From positions 1 to 64,000 of IMG/VR virus record IMGVR_UViG_2061766007_000015: 64,000 nucleotides of DNA. One strand, written 5' to 3'. Every line of letters starts with the position of its first letter. The first letter of the stretch is position 1. Below are positions 50,214 through 61,116 of this stretch, one piece after another. A program made the translations under genes and the position numbers. Below the pieces are notes generated by a model. It worked only from the letters and a program-made list of their open reading frames with translations. It was not told where the DNA came from and searched no databases. This stretch comes from a virus (taxonomy: Duplodnaviria; Caudoviricetes).

Positions 50214-52571
50214 TTAGGTGTTAACGTAGCCTATCTGTATTCTTGCCTTAATTGTACAAGGGAATGTAGCGGTAGAACTCGAACTTGACTTGCAAGCCAC
50301 CGAAACAAGAGGGTGTCCACTCGATGTTTCCATGTCTGCGTTGTTGTCAGTTTTAAGTGCCGTCCACGAGCCCGATGTATAACTGTAATATGGCTGTGCT
50401 TGCTTGTAGAATTTGCTAGATTCATTACCTACACCAATTCCGAAGCCGACTTTGCCCGAGTAACTTAATCCCGTATCAGAAAGAAGTCTTACAAATAATG
50501 GTTTGCCTTGTGCGGTTGCGTTTGTCTCTACCGTAGCATTTGCTCCGCTTATTGTTATTCCGCTTAACATTGTAGTAATGCTATCACCGCTCATGCTACT
50601 GCCCTTAGATGCAATTGAACCATCCCACTCAGCATCGAAGATTACTGTATAACCACCCGTATCGGATGATACTGTGATTCCTACCGTTGCCGTAGCGGTA
50701 ACTCCGTTTTCGATGTAAGTCACAACTATCGGATATGCACCCGCAGTAGTCATGTCAACTTGCGATGTATCAAATTCCAAATCGCCGTTGGCTATGTTCG
50801 CCGTGGTATTGTCCGAATAAGTAGCCACTCCCGTGATATCCGAAGTTGATAAGGACTCATTGACTGTATATGCCGTGGTCACTTTTGAAGCGGTGAGTGA
50901 AGCAAGTGTCTTAGTCTGCGGTCTTACGCTTGATGTAACTTGAACGCTTGTAGTTTCCGTGTCTTCGCCATAAGTGTACGAAATACCGATTGAGTAAGCA
51001 CCCGCCGTTGTAAGGTCAACATTGGATGTATTGAACACCACATCGTTATTGTTAACCACGCTTGTAGTGTTGTCGCTCCATGTTGCGGTTACTGTAATAT
51101 CTGCGGTACTCAATGTCTCATCAGTATAGTAACTTGTCTTGCCCTTAGTTGCGGATATGCTTACCAAAGTCTTACCGCTTGCCGGAATCGTTACGGGCGT
51201 TGTGTCGATAATGTACTCGCAACTGCCGTAGAACTTTTCATCGACAAAATTACGGCTTCTTAAACGAATGTGATTCTCGTAGACTTCGCACAATGTACCC
51301 TCGGACTCAGCATAGATTAAACCTGTGGCTGACCCATCGATAATATCTCTCGGAACTACCAAAGACGATAAGTGAACAAACCTCGCACCGCCTTTGTATT
51401 GGAAGATGTTAAGATGCTTCCATACACTCTGATACTGATACTTAATGTGTGAATGTCCACTTAACCAAATGACATTTTTGTAATGGTCAAGAAGATTCAA
51501 AAATCTCGTTCTGTCGCTCTTTGATGTACCCCAAAGGTCAAGCGTGTATGCTCCGTTGCCATTGCCAAAGCCTTGGTAATTGCCGTTTTGCTTCATGTCT
51601 GCCAAACTCCATAAAGGGGGAATGTGCATTGACAAGAACACACGCTGATTGCGGTAAAGCTCTAACTTCTCCTCAAGCCAATCAAGGGAAGCCGATGTAA
51701 GCATTGTGTTACCGCTTCCGTGAGTAGTACCCTCAAACACCGACATGTAGATGTAAATGTCTCCGCCGATTTCCTTGAGGAAGTAATTCTCAGTTTCGTT
51801 TGTCCAATCGGTATCAAGGTACTTTCTTAATCCCGTAGGATTTTTTGTCATTATTGCGTTTGCAGAACCCGCTTCATGGTTACCACCGCCCGTATGGAAC
51901 GGCACATCGCCTCTATATGTATCTCTGAGCGTTAACCATGCATCTAATTCCGATGTGTAGCCGTTAGCGGTCAAATCACCCGCTCCGACAAAAGCAACTA
52001 CCTTTTCGTTGTCTCTGCCGTATGTGAGCATTCTCTGAATATCATCAGATGCGGTTTCATACCCATAGTGCCAATCGGACACCCATAATGTGCCGTATTC
52101 ACGCTCTCCGTAATATTCATCGTCCCACAATTTATCCGCCGGAATATTGAACGATGTAACAATCGTGCCGTTCTGAACAGCACAAAGCCTTGTAGCGTAC
52201 TTGGGAATGGCATTATATTCCATTAATTCAATGCTACCCATTGTCTTATTGTTGGCTACGTCAAGAGTAAGCGTGTCAAGCTTGGAATAATTACTCATTA
52301 CTCCGTTGGCATCGCCCCACATAATATCGTAGTCACCGCTATACTCAGCTTCCTTGGCTGATAAGACTATCTCGCCATATGCGATTGACGGGGTATTATT
52401 CTTAAAGGACATCGATAGCTTTATGGGAGACGAATCTCCGCTTATGCTTTCAACCTCGCTCGGAAAGTCTGACGGGTCGATTAAGGACGATGTACCCTTT
52501 TTTGCTCTAATTGCATCGGCGGTGTCACAAAGTAAGCCGTAGGATATAGTCAACTTGTCATTTCTGTTCAT
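50214..52571 (-). CDS. Putative virion-associated calcineurin-like metallophosphoesterase with two Ig-like repeats
   Basis: SDWH, GDL, GNHE, HIPP, GHSH motifs; two ~80 aa Ig-like repeats; N-terminal TADAIRAK motif. Confidence 0.8.
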   Translation of the reverse strand: MNRNDKLTISYGLLCDTADAIRAKKGTSSLIDPSDFPSEVESISGDSSPIKLSMSFKNNTPSIAYGEIVLSAKEAEYSGDYDIMWGDANGVMSNYSKLDTLTLDVANNKTMGSIELMEYNAIPKYATRLCAVQNGTIVTSFNIPADKLWDDEYYGEREYGTLWVSDWHYGYETASDDIQRMLTYGRDNEKVVAFVGAGDLTANGYTSELDAWLTLRDTYRGDVPFHTGGGNHEAGSANAIMTKNPTGLRKYLDTDWTNETENYFLKEIGGDIYIYMSVFEGTTHGSGNTMLTSASLDWLEEKLELYRNQRVFLSMHIPPLWSLADMKQNGNYQGFGNGNGAYTLDLWGTSKSDRTRFLNLLDHYKNVIWLSGHSHIKYQYQSVWKHLNIFQYKGGARFVHLSSLVVPRDIIDGSATGLIYAESEGTLCEVYENHIRLRSRNFVDEKFYGSCEYIIDTTPVTIPASGKTLVSISATKGKTSYYTDETLSTADITVTATWSDNTTSVVNNNDVVFNTSNVDLTTAGAYSIGISYTYGEDTETTSVQVTSSVRPQTKTLASLTASKVTTAYTVNESLSTSDITGVATYSDNTTANIANGDLEFDTSQVDMTTAGAYPIVVTYIENGVTATATVGITVSSDTGGYTVIFDAEWDGSIASKGSSMSGDSITTMLSGITISGANATVETNATAQGKPLFVRLLSDTGLSYSGKVGFGIGVGNESSKFYKQAQPYYSYTSGSWTALKTDNNADMETSSGHPLVSVACKSSSSSTATFPCTIKARIQIGYVNT

Positions 52572-52574
52572 AGG

Positions 52575-52898
52575 CTACACCTCTAATCCTTCTGCGGTAG
52601 GCAACTCTGCTATAACAAGGTCCGCAATGTCGGCCTTATCCTGTGCGGTGAGCACATAGTCATCGCCGGGGTCACCCTTTGCGCCTGGGTCGCCTTTTGC
52701 GCCGTCTTTACCATCTTTAACAACATACGAAGAGGTTTGAGTTTCATCGTTATCATTCTTCCATGTATAAGTATTACGATGACCATCAGACGTTTCCGTA
52801 GCACTAAACTGACAGTTTGCTCCCTTTAATCCACCGAACTGATTGGCTGTATCGTCTGTATACTGATTACTTAATATGTAAGCATCTACTGCTTTCAT
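52575..52898 (-). CDS. Short collagen-like tail accessory protein
   Basis: GKDGAKGDPGAKGDPGDD; TAQDKADIA. Confidence 0.75.
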   Translation of the reverse strand: MKAVDAYILSNQYTDDTANQFGGLKGANCQFSATETSDGHRNTYTWKNDNDETQTSSYVVKDGKDGAKGDPGAKGDPGDDYVLTAQDKADIADLVIAELPTAEGLEV

Positions 52899-52909
52899 TA
52901 CACACCTCC

Positions 52910-53083
52910 TTATACCCACTGAGTGCCGTTAAACATTAATCCAGAGTGAGTATCAGTATTGATGCCCGTTTCGCCCTCTTTAGGCACGTATTTGTTTCCA
53001 TCAATAATGATTTCATCTGTTGGTAATGTCTCACCATTGTGGTAATACCAAGTTTTTGATTTACCGTCTACTTCTACTCTCAT
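52910..53083 (-). CDS. Small protein (57 aa)
   Basis: Hand-translated MRVEVDGK...FNGTQWV; AAGGAGG SD. Confidence 0.65.
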   Translation of the reverse strand: MRVEVDGKSKTWYYHNGETLPTDEIIIDGNKYVPKEGETGINTDTHSGLMFNGTQWV

Positions 53084-53102
53084 CTTTATCCTCCTTATTC
53101 GA

Positions 53103-53840
53103 TTACTCCCATGCTATGGGATTGCTTAATACAAGTGATGCTACGTAACATCTTAGTTCTTGTGTGTTACGCGCCGAACCCTCATTAGCCGTGTGTCCAA
53201 TCGTCCTCAATGTATGAGTGCCATTTGCTATATTTGTAAATGTCCTTGAACTGTTTTTGGCAACATCGTTACCATCAAATTGACCGTATCCATAAGGCTG
53301 GTCATTATCCTCTTGCCCTGAATATATGTTGCTTTGATGTACGGTAACTACGTTGTTTTGGTACTCTCTCATATTTAATGTAAATGATGTAGACGAGTCC
53401 AAACTCTGACCACCCACATAATATGGAGTCTCTGCGTGTGAAGTGTATGTGCTTCCACTTATATATCTCGAATTGCTTACCACGTTAAGACTATTAGGTA
53501 AATACAGCGCATACAAATTCATTTCTTCTCCAGTAGCAACCAGCGAAGTAACCTGCTTGTTTAAGTTATTGGGTTCTGTTGACCATCCTATTAATGTGTA
53601 ATTACTCTTAGTTGTAGTAATTGACGGATGTAATACATCCTCACCTTCATCAACTTCCTCTGTACCTAATAAAGTTGTATTATCATAATAGTGTACGACA
53701 CTGGCACCGCTCCACACATGAATGTATACACCATTCTTGTACACCCAGCCGTTACGCATCCTGTGGTGACTACCATTTTTGAAAAATGACATATGCTTTA
53801 TTTTATCTTTGTCAATGCTGAAATATCCATGTGCGCTCAT
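53103..53840 (-). CDS. Tail fibre / receptor-binding-like protein
   Basis: N-terminal GWVYKNGV, B-repeat-like YTLIGWS...LYALY segment. Confidence 0.65.
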   Translation of the reverse strand: MSAHGYFSIDKDKIKHMSFFKNGSHHRMRNGWVYKNGVYIHVWSGASVVHYYDNTTLLGTEEVDEGEDVLHPSITTTKSNYTLIGWSTEPNNLNKQVTSLVATGEEMNLYALYLPNSLNVVSNSRYISGSTYTSHAETPYYVGGQSLDSSTSFTLNMREYQNNVVTVHQSNIYSGQEDNDQPYGYGQFDGNDVAKNSSRTFTNIANGTHTLRTIGHTANEGSARNTQELRCYVASLVLSNPIAWE

Positions 53841-53849
53841 ACTTATCTC

Positions 53850-54140
53850 CTAGAATGTCGTTAGATACAATCTGTCCTCTACGCCAATCGTTGGTAATGG
53901 GCCTGAAGTTAGTATCTGAATTGACTTAACATCTAAGGTTAATCCATTAACCAATGCATTAGATTCATTGAGTTGTGCCGCAGATATAACATCACCCTCT
54001 TGCTCATACTCAGTAATTTCTTCAAGGTACACATCGGCTTCCACAATCTGATTGTCTGATGTACGCCTAACATTGTATCTACGTACAGTATTCACTGTTT
54101 CATCCAAAATATCATTTTTCAAATTCGTAGGTAAACTCAT
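53850..54140 (-). CDS. Tail accessory protein
   Basis: YEQEGD.ISA..LN motif, position in tail operon. Confidence 0.7.
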   Translation of the reverse strand: MSLPTNLKNDILDETVNTVRRYNVRRTSDNQIVEADVYLEEITEYEQEGDVISAAQLNESNALVNGLTLDVKSIQILTSGPLPTIGVEDRLYLTTF

Positions 54141-54544
54141 GTTTTAACTCCTTTCGTATTACCCAGTGTAACAGGTAATCTGTTAAGTATGCTTATGTTA
54201 GTATCCAATTTCTCCTTTATCTGTTTCAAAAGTGATTCAATCCCATTAAAATATGTGCCTGTAGGAGTACTGCCATTTGCAACAAACGTAGGAAATTCTG
54301 AAACTGGAAGTTTAAATGTAGCATCATTTAATGCTAACGTGTTCTGAGTAATCTTATTAAAATCACTGGCATAAATATCGTCAGTATAGCTTAAATTCAA
54401 CCTCATACTCGCATAGTTAGGAGGATTGAACATAAGACTGCTGTGGTCTTTTAAAAACAAAAGATTATCTTGGATTCTATTTACATCAGTTTTATCCCAA
54501 CGAGTATTTTCTGTCCAGTCTGTTTTGGGTGTAATCCAACTCAT
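54137..54544 (-). CDS. Tail/baseplate protein
   Basis: MSWITPKTDW...D.NRI..N pattern. Confidence 0.75.
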   Translation of the reverse strand: MSWITPKTDWTENTRWDKTDVNRIQDNLLFLKDHSSLMFNPPNYASMRLNLSYTDDIYASDFNKITQNTLALNDATFKLPVSEFPTFVANGSTPTGTYFNGIESLLKQIKEKLDTNISILNRLPVTLGNTKGVKT

Positions 54545-54546
54545 AA

Positions 54547-54774
54547 TTATCCCTCTTCTGGTTCACCAAAAATTTCAATATACTTGGCTATATCGTAAGT
54601 ACCTAATAGATTTTTGATATAACTCTCAGTAACAGTTTCTATGGCATTGTTACTAAAATATGCAAAAAATCGTTTATTAGGTGTCATATAGTATAACCGC
54701 ATTTTTGCTAAATCTTGATATATAAGTTCTGCTGTATCAGTATCATATATATAACCATCAATTATTCTCTGCAT
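54547..54774 (-). CDS. Hypothetical protein
   Basis: IIDGYIYDTDTAE motif. Confidence 0.7.
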   Translation of the reverse strand: MQRIIDGYIYDTDTAELIYQDLAKMRLYYMTPNKRFFAYFSNNAIETVTESYIKNLLGTYDIAKYIEIFGEPEEG

Positions 54775-56804
54775 TATTCCTCCTCGTTGGTATATCCAAC
54801 TCGATGTAATTCTAACTTACCTGAAAACGCACCGTTAAACGAGAATATAGTTTTTTCCACATTTACGTTTATATCTTTAAACGGATTGGTCATTCTGATA
54901 ATATCACCTGCTCGTAACGATGGCTCACCTCTAAATGAAGCTGAGTAATCCACATTGGTTTTATAATACTGGGCTAACCAATCTGCTACTGCTTGAGCCT
55001 GTGCTGAATTACTTATTAACTGATTTTCACAAGTCTTATCTATACCAGTTAGTGCTAACACCTTAGTCTCGTATGCCTCATCCTCAACCTCACGAGGTTT
55101 TTGGTCTTCGTCATTTTCAAATGTATATACTTTAACTCGGATATTTCGTACCCGTTCGTCTATATATACCTGTGTGTTATCTGTTAATAACTCATCAGAA
55201 AGTACATAACCTGATGTGTTATCAAAACTAACCTTAGTCACATAGCATCTAGCATTAGGTTCGGTTTCCAATAATTCAATAAATATATCATCGAACGGGT
55301 CGTAATTTTCCAATATAAATATATTATCTTCTTGTATATTGGTAAACTCTTGACTTCCTACTAAATGACCACCATCCGATTCATAAGCAGAAATTCTTAA
55401 TCTATGAGGCGGTACTCCTGCAAACGACATATAGACCGCATGGAAATTAAAGTGTGCAGGAAATATAAAATCGAGTAACCACTCATCTTCCATCGTTCCG
55501 TCATTATATGCTATATCACCTGTAACCATACCAGTATTCTTTACATATTGCGAAGGAGTCTCAGGTAAAAATATCTGGTGACCATCACTAATATTCATGC
55601 CTGCACTTAAGTCACTATATTCGTTATAAGCACCCGACACAATACTTTTATAATCTGACCAGTGTGTCATATAAACCGGACTTATTAGAATGTCAGTAGG
55701 CGCCACACTGTTAGCAAAATTTGCCACTATTTGCAGTATTCCATTTTCATCTTCAAAAAAGATACATCTTGTAGCATTACATACTAATTGAATGGCTTCT
55801 CTGTGTAAACACTCAGGCACTGGATTAACTAAAATTATGCTTTCCAAATAATCGTCAATCTCATATTCATCTCGCTCAAAACCGGCATCCTGTAAAATTG
55901 CCTCGAGTTCCTCATAGGCGGTCCTTGTATGAATTGTATTACCTAAACTGTAGTTATTTTTTAATTGAGACAATCGGTCGGTTGCAATCAAGGTTAATAC
56001 ATTTTTCTTTAAATTCCATGATTGTAAATATACTGAACCAAGTTTTACCCATTCGATGGAAGAATCGTCTAATTCTAAGCCTACAGACAAGTCAACTTTT
56101 TGCATAGGTTCCAGAAACTGCATAAAACTTGCTGGATTATCTATATCGAACTGATGCTGTGTATCATACACGTTTATGGTGTGTTTTTGATAACTTACAT
56201 TCTTTGCAATTGCCGAAACATAAGTCTCACTTGTTATACTCTGAACAGTAGAATCATCAAAATACAAACCAACGCCCATCTTCATTTCGCGTATCTTTAA
56301 ACGCTGATTTGTATATAGCATGGTAGTAGGTATGATTATCATGTATGTAATATTTGATAAAATAATCGAGGTGTTTACATACAAAGATTTATCGTTGGTT
56401 AAAATATAACTATTGTTATTGGTCTGTATTGTGAATTGTGTAGGATAATTGGTACCAAAGTCAATAGTCAATCCTTTGATAGTATACGCTTGGTTAAAAT
56501 TGATTCTTATTGGGTCTCCTATATTTACAGCACTAATGCCATTATCTTTATATTGCTGTGTTTCTGGCATAAACACCATTGAACCATCACACGGCACAGA
56601 TTTTTCTTCTAGTGTGGCATATTCTACCTTCTCGGTATTCTTTGGTTTGAATATACTACCAGCACTCCACTGAGCCACTGCACTTGTAACTTTGGCTCCC
56701 TCTTGTGCAAGTGAATTAACAACACCCAATGAGACAGAGACATAACCGCGGTTACGCAATTTCTGTGCCATTATTCTTTTGTATGCAGAACTTGTATGAA
56801 CCAT
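54774..56804 (-). CDS. Baseplate hub / Tal-like tail protein
   Basis: 676 aa; C-terminal FRGEPSLRAGDII. Confidence 0.75.
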   Translation of the reverse strand: MVHTSSAYKRIMAQKLRNRGYVSVSLGVVNSLAQEGAKVTSAVAQWSAGSIFKPKNTEKVEYATLEEKSVPCDGSMVFMPETQQYKDNGISAVNIGDPIRINFNQAYTIKGLTIDFGTNYPTQFTIQTNNNSYILTNDKSLYVNTSIILSNITYMIIIPTTMLYTNQRLKIREMKMGVGLYFDDSTVQSITSETYVSAIAKNVSYQKHTINVYDTQHQFDIDNPASFMQFLEPMQKVDLSVGLELDDSSIEWVKLGSVYLQSWNLKKNVLTLIATDRLSQLKNNYSLGNTIHTRTAYEELEAILQDAGFERDEYEIDDYLESIILVNPVPECLHREAIQLVCNATRCIFFEDENGILQIVANFANSVAPTDILISPVYMTHWSDYKSIVSGAYNEYSDLSAGMNISDGHQIFLPETPSQYVKNTGMVTGDIAYNDGTMEDEWLLDFIFPAHFNFHAVYMSFAGVPPHRLRISAYESDGGHLVGSQEFTNIQEDNIFILENYDPFDDIFIELLETEPNARCYVTKVSFDNTSGYVLSDELLTDNTQVYIDERVRNIRVKVYTFENDEDQKPREVEDEAYETKVLALTGIDKTCENQLISNSAQAQAVADWLAQYYKTNVDYSASFRGEPSLRAGDIIRMTNPFKDINVNVEKTIFSFNGAFSGKLELHRVGYTNEEE

Positions 56805-56825
56805 GTTATGCCTCTCTTTAAACTC

Positions 56826-56854
56826 ATTGTAACATATTTACCAACCGCAGTCAA
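56826..56854 (-). promoter_or_regulatory. Internal promoter for tail-tip genes
   Basis: TTGACT-17-TACAAT with TGn. Confidence 0.65.
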
Positions 56855-57215
56855 TTAAATTGAATTTGGTCTCTTTGAATCTAGTGTAGTTTAAACCCTC
56901 TACATGACTAGGTTGAGCGGTCTTATCGCCAGGATACATATACACTGTAACTCTCTCATTAGTGTCTGTTGTGAATGTAACTGGTACGAAGAATGGTTTA
57001 AGTGCTTGTCTCATTTCTTTCCAACTCTGAACGTCTAGGTTACTCCACTGTAAATTCTCTATTTTCCACAGAGGTCTTCCTATTACCTGACCAACAACGC
57101 CTCCGCTGGTATTTCTACCAGCGTTAACGTTTATGGAATCTCTGATTATGTAACCGACATCTGGTGAAGGAAATGCTACACCATTTACTATAATTAATTC
57201 ATCAGGATTGCGCAT
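56838..57215 (-). CDS. Distal tail protein (Dit-like)
   Basis: NGVAFPSP...NAGRN...; follows tape measure. Confidence 0.75.
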   Translation of the reverse strand: MRNPDELIIVNGVAFPSPDVGYIIRDSINVNAGRNTSGGVVGQVIGRPLWKIENLQWSNLDVQSWKEMRQALKPFFVPVTFTTDTNERVTVYMYPGDKTAQPSHVEGLNYTRFKETKFNLIDCGW

Positions 57216-57227
57216 ATTTTTCCTCCT

Positions 57228-60200
57228 TTATCGTATGAGTGGCAAGCCTAACTGACTTGAACCTCTTGCACTTGCCATTGCTATCTCTCTGTCACCTATA
57301 TAAGTACCGTAGTCCTTCTCTGTGAGTATCTGAGTATTATCTGCAATCTGTCTGAGATAAGGCTCTAAGACAGTTGCAACGGCTTCCTGTATTGTGCTTA
57401 AAGGTGCCTCGATATTAGTTCCCTGCTTCTGGTCACCTAATACTGCTAAGAACTGATTGTTAGGAGGTATTACAGCGCCTTGTGCAAGATAAGGAATCTT
57501 AGGAGCAGACCAACGAGTTAAGTTCATTGCAACTTTGCCACCACCCAATACATCAGGTACATCAAAATTAAAAGTATTGAAGGCATCTGCAACTGAATTT
57601 TGCATTGTCTGAACTGCTTCAACGAATCTATTCAGATAGGTTATCATAGTATTTATAGGCGCTTTAACTGCTACTGTTAATTTTTGCCAAATGCTTGTGA
57701 ACTGTCCTATGAAGCCTGAATTGAACGGTAACAAGAACCCATCGATAACATGTTGACCTATCTGTCTGAATACTTTTGAAGGAGAATGGATTTGAAGTCT
57801 CTTTTCTACGCTGTCAGTCATTTCTTCAAACTCTTTTGAAGCCTTATATGGCATATCTACGCTTTGTAAGCCTTCAACAAATCCTTCACCAGCATGTGTA
57901 CCACTGTCCGCAATCTCATCTACAAGGTCGTACACAATATCACCAAATGTCGTTATGATATCATCCTGAGCACCGGCAACCCAAGCACCTACAGAATCTT
58001 CAACGATTTTTTCTCCATCAGCCTGTTTAAGGCCAAATACTGTCTTAAAGTTGTCTACTATGTTATCCACAAAATCTACAACGAAATGTTTACCGCCAGT
58101 CGTGGTTTTTTCAGGATTTAGTCCAATCATCTTTTCTAAAGTAGTACTCATATTTCTATGAAAATCACTTTCAAGATAAAGTTTACCTAATTTACCAAAA
58201 ATGCTGATAGTCACTGCGGCTAAAATTCCTAAGGCAATAAGTGCTCCTCCTGTTGCTATACCATGCATAGCGGCTACACCAGCAGATGCCCCGCCTAAAG
58301 CAGTTGCGAGTTTGGTAGATAATAGTGCTGATGTAAAACCTACAATCATCTTACCTAACGTCCACACAATAGGAAGTAAGATAAGTGTAACCTTAGAAGT
58401 CGTGCTGAAATTAGTCCATGTATCTTTAAACACCTGCACTATTCTGCTCCAATTAATTCTGGTTACAGCAGTAATAAGTGCGGTTTCAATACCTTCGATT
58501 ACAGCATTAATAAAACCTGCTAAATCTTCAGGATTGATGTTTTCTACAAATCCATTTATGCCTTCCGCAACAAATGTACCAACATCTTCCCAATTTACTG
58601 TATTGAAGAAGAGTGTAATACTTCGTATACCAACACCAATAAGTTTCGCTATAGTTTCACCGATTGTGTAGCCTAAGTTAATATTTCTGTCAACTGCTCC
58701 GTTGATTCCAGTTGCTAATGATAATGCTACTTTGTTACAAAAATCTTCTATACCCGGCAGATTGTTCTGTACCGTAAGTAATGCGTTCTTAAACTTGGTT
58801 GCAAGAATCTGACCGATTTCGGTAAAGTCTGCGTTTTCCCAGGCTTCTTTGAGTTTTGCGAATATACCCTCACCGACTTCTACTAACTCATAGCCAATAT
58901 TCTCAGGACTGAACGTACCGCTACCAGAACTCTTATTGTCGTTGAGCACGTTTAATTCATCAATACCTAACAGATTATTAACTGCTTTAGCCGCACCGTT
59001 TACACTGTCTGCATAATCGACCCAAGCGGACGATGCTCTGTAAATATAGCCTTGACCTGTAATTGTTGCGAACAATTTACCTACCCATTCCATTGCAGTC
59101 TGAGCGGCATGGGCTAATCTGTCAAACGCAGGCACAACCCACTTAAGTAGAGGCTGAACCATTGTCGCAAGATTAGCCTTCACAAGATTAAAGTTGGTTA
59201 CTAATGAGGAAACCTGCTGATTAACTTCTGGTATCTCTTGCGCCATAATCTTGAAGGCTTCTTTAGTAGCGTTTCTCAATCTACGGAATAAGAAGTACAG
59301 AGAACGAACACCAATTCCATACCTCATTATATTACGTAAAGCGTTTCTAAAGCCCTTTCTTGTATCTGCAAAAAGACCCTTACTACTCTTATGCAACTTA
59401 GAGTGATGTGTGGAAGCATGTCTGATTGCATTTGCAAAACTACGCATGAGTAATGCGGCCTGTTTGGTATTTTTACCTATATTCTTGGTGTTCTTTTCAA
59501 TCTTTTCAGTCGGTGCGTTTACAGCCTGCGCTTCTCTCTCTAACGCAAACATATCCGTAGCTAGTTCTCGTACTCGATTGTCCACTTCCGGTGCAATACC
59601 TACATATGCAAATTTACCATCCGTGCGTGCCAAATCTTCTTGAGCATTTTTTAAAGCATCAATCTGTTGAATGTTGTTCTTAATAGCCTTATTCTGCTCA
59701 AAAATCGCTAAGACTTCCTTTTCAACTAAATCCGTAGTGGGCTTAAGTCCTTGACTATCTAAATCTATCAATGCTCGCTTGTATGCGTTGATGATATCGA
59801 CATAAGGTGCTTTTAACTCAGCAATTTTGTTTCTTGTATTCTCTATTGCCTTACGCCAGCCTTGAATATGGGAATCAAGTTCAACATTGACTGTTTTAAA
59901 AGGATTTACTGCATCCTTATTTCCTACATTTGCAATTTCCCACTGCCGTGCTTCGTCATTTTTTGCTTTTAACTTAGCCTTGAGAGTATCAATAGCCTTT
60001 TCGGTTCTTTCGATATATTTCTGATACTTCTCCTCCTGTGCAATTACAGCCTCTATTTCCTTGCGGTTCGCTTCATATGTCTCAACTGCCCTTACAGCGT
60101 TTACGTTTTGTTTGGACTGAGACTGAGCCTTTTCATATGCTCTCTGTAATTCCGTAACCTTTTGAAGTTCGTCTTCCAAGGCTTTATATGGTGCAGTTAA

Positions 60201-60509
60201 CTGTTCCGTAACTCTATTGCCCATAGCCTGATTACTGTTATATACCCGCATAAACTCAGCACTGGCTTTAGCCACTTTACGAGCCTGGTCATACATGGGC
60301 TTAGTAATATCCGTAGACCCTGCAAGAACTTTTTTCTGCATTTCTGCAAAATTCTTGAGGTTTGCCTGAGCATGATTGAGTGCGTCACTCAGTTCTTTTT
60401 CCAAAGTCTTACCAGTAACAGATGAGGCTTTGGTTATTTTATTAAACAGACTTTCCGCATTAGACGAAAACTCCATATCAAATGAAATTACGTTTTTTCT
60501 TCTTGCCAT
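57228..60509 (-). CDS. Tape measure protein
   Basis: 1093 aa helical, hydrophobic middle, C-terminal IPYLAQGAVIPPN. Confidence 0.9.
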   Translation of the reverse strand: MARRKNVISFDMEFSSNAESLFNKITKASSVTGKTLEKELSDALNHAQANLKNFAEMQKKVLAGSTDITKPMYDQARKVAKASAEFMRVYNSNQAMGNRVTEQLTAPYKALEDELQKVTELQRAYEKAQSQSKQNVNAVRAVETYEANRKEIEAVIAQEEKYQKYIERTEKAIDTLKAKLKAKNDEARQWEIANVGNKDAVNPFKTVNVELDSHIQGWRKAIENTRNKIAELKAPYVDIINAYKRALIDLDSQGLKPTTDLVEKEVLAIFEQNKAIKNNIQQIDALKNAQEDLARTDGKFAYVGIAPEVDNRVRELATDMFALEREAQAVNAPTEKIEKNTKNIGKNTKQAALLMRSFANAIRHASTHHSKLHKSSKGLFADTRKGFRNALRNIMRYGIGVRSLYFLFRRLRNATKEAFKIMAQEIPEVNQQVSSLVTNFNLVKANLATMVQPLLKWVVPAFDRLAHAAQTAMEWVGKLFATITGQGYIYRASSAWVDYADSVNGAAKAVNNLLGIDELNVLNDNKSSGSGTFSPENIGYELVEVGEGIFAKLKEAWENADFTEIGQILATKFKNALLTVQNNLPGIEDFCNKVALSLATGINGAVDRNINLGYTIGETIAKLIGVGIRSITLFFNTVNWEDVGTFVAEGINGFVENINPEDLAGFINAVIEGIETALITAVTRINWSRIVQVFKDTWTNFSTTSKVTLILLPIVWTLGKMIVGFTSALLSTKLATALGGASAGVAAMHGIATGGALIALGILAAVTISIFGKLGKLYLESDFHRNMSTTLEKMIGLNPEKTTTGGKHFVVDFVDNIVDNFKTVFGLKQADGEKIVEDSVGAWVAGAQDDIITTFGDIVYDLVDEIADSGTHAGEGFVEGLQSVDMPYKASKEFEEMTDSVEKRLQIHSPSKVFRQIGQHVIDGFLLPFNSGFIGQFTSIWQKLTVAVKAPINTMITYLNRFVEAVQTMQNSVADAFNTFNFDVPDVLGGGKVAMNLTRWSAPKIPYLAQGAVIPPNNQFLAVLGDQKQGTNIEAPLSTIQEAVATVLEPYLRQIADNTQILTEKDYGTYIGDREIAMASARGSSQLGLPLIR

Positions 60510-60514
60510 AGCCT

Positions 60515-61108
60515 CTACTCCTTCTTATTCCAAAGTGACCGAACATACTCATCCATAGCAAGTTCGTCGGCTGTTTTACTGTTCCAGTTAAAGTACTGAG
60601 GATTGTCTGCTTTGAATCGTTTTTCGTAATCCTCAAGTTTCTTACCATTTATCATTTTATTTCTAATACCCACTACAGTAGATAACACACTTTCTCCTAC
60701 TGACAGATAGTAACCCATAAATGTGAACCAATGAATGTATTCAACACTTCTTACTTCCATATGGGCCACATTATTTATTGCGGCAACTATAATTTGCTCA
60801 TCACCTTTCCAATCTAAGAGTTTTCGATTAGTATTGCAACCAACTCCCTCAGGTTGATTACAATTGAAAAACTTGAACATCTCTTTAGATAACTCAGTGA
60901 GTGTGTCCTCATCATACTGTGCTAGGTCATCAAAGTCGTTAAACTCGTTGTAGAATATTAACAAAGAAGCGAGGACTCTTTCGTCCTCGCTCAACTCTGC
61001 GTCCTCTATTGCCTCGAAACATCTAAGAACTACTCTGTAGTCCCCTCGGTCGGTTATCGAGAACTGCCTGCCGTCAGCAATTGTTATGGCTGTAGGTAAA
61101 CCGTACAT
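60515..61108 (-). CDS. Gp15-like tail assembly protein
   Basis: LPTAI...DYRVVL...LDW..D...I..A...HWFTF. Confidence 0.8.
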   Translation of the reverse strand: MYGLPTAITIADGRQFSITDRGDYRVVLRCFEAIEDAELSEDERVLASLLIFYNEFNDFDDLAQYDEDTLTELSKEMFKFFNCNQPEGVGCNTNRKLLDWKGDEQIIVAAINNVAHMEVRSVEYIHWFTFMGYYLSVGESVLSTVVGIRNKMINGKKLEDYEKRFKADNPQYFNWNSKTADELAMDEYVRSLWNKKE

Positions 61109-61116
61109 ACAACTCC

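Noticed and set aside
50214-53840. Diversity-generating retroelement targeting tail fibre/Ig proteins
   Set aside because: No reverse transcriptase, and no TR/VR pair differing at adenines was found; the Ig repeats differ at all base types
50101-56854. Distinct late-promoter motif TTGG(C/T)AAATATGT shared by two structural-region promoters
   Set aside because: Only two copies, in different registers, and similar AT-rich spacers occur in other promoters
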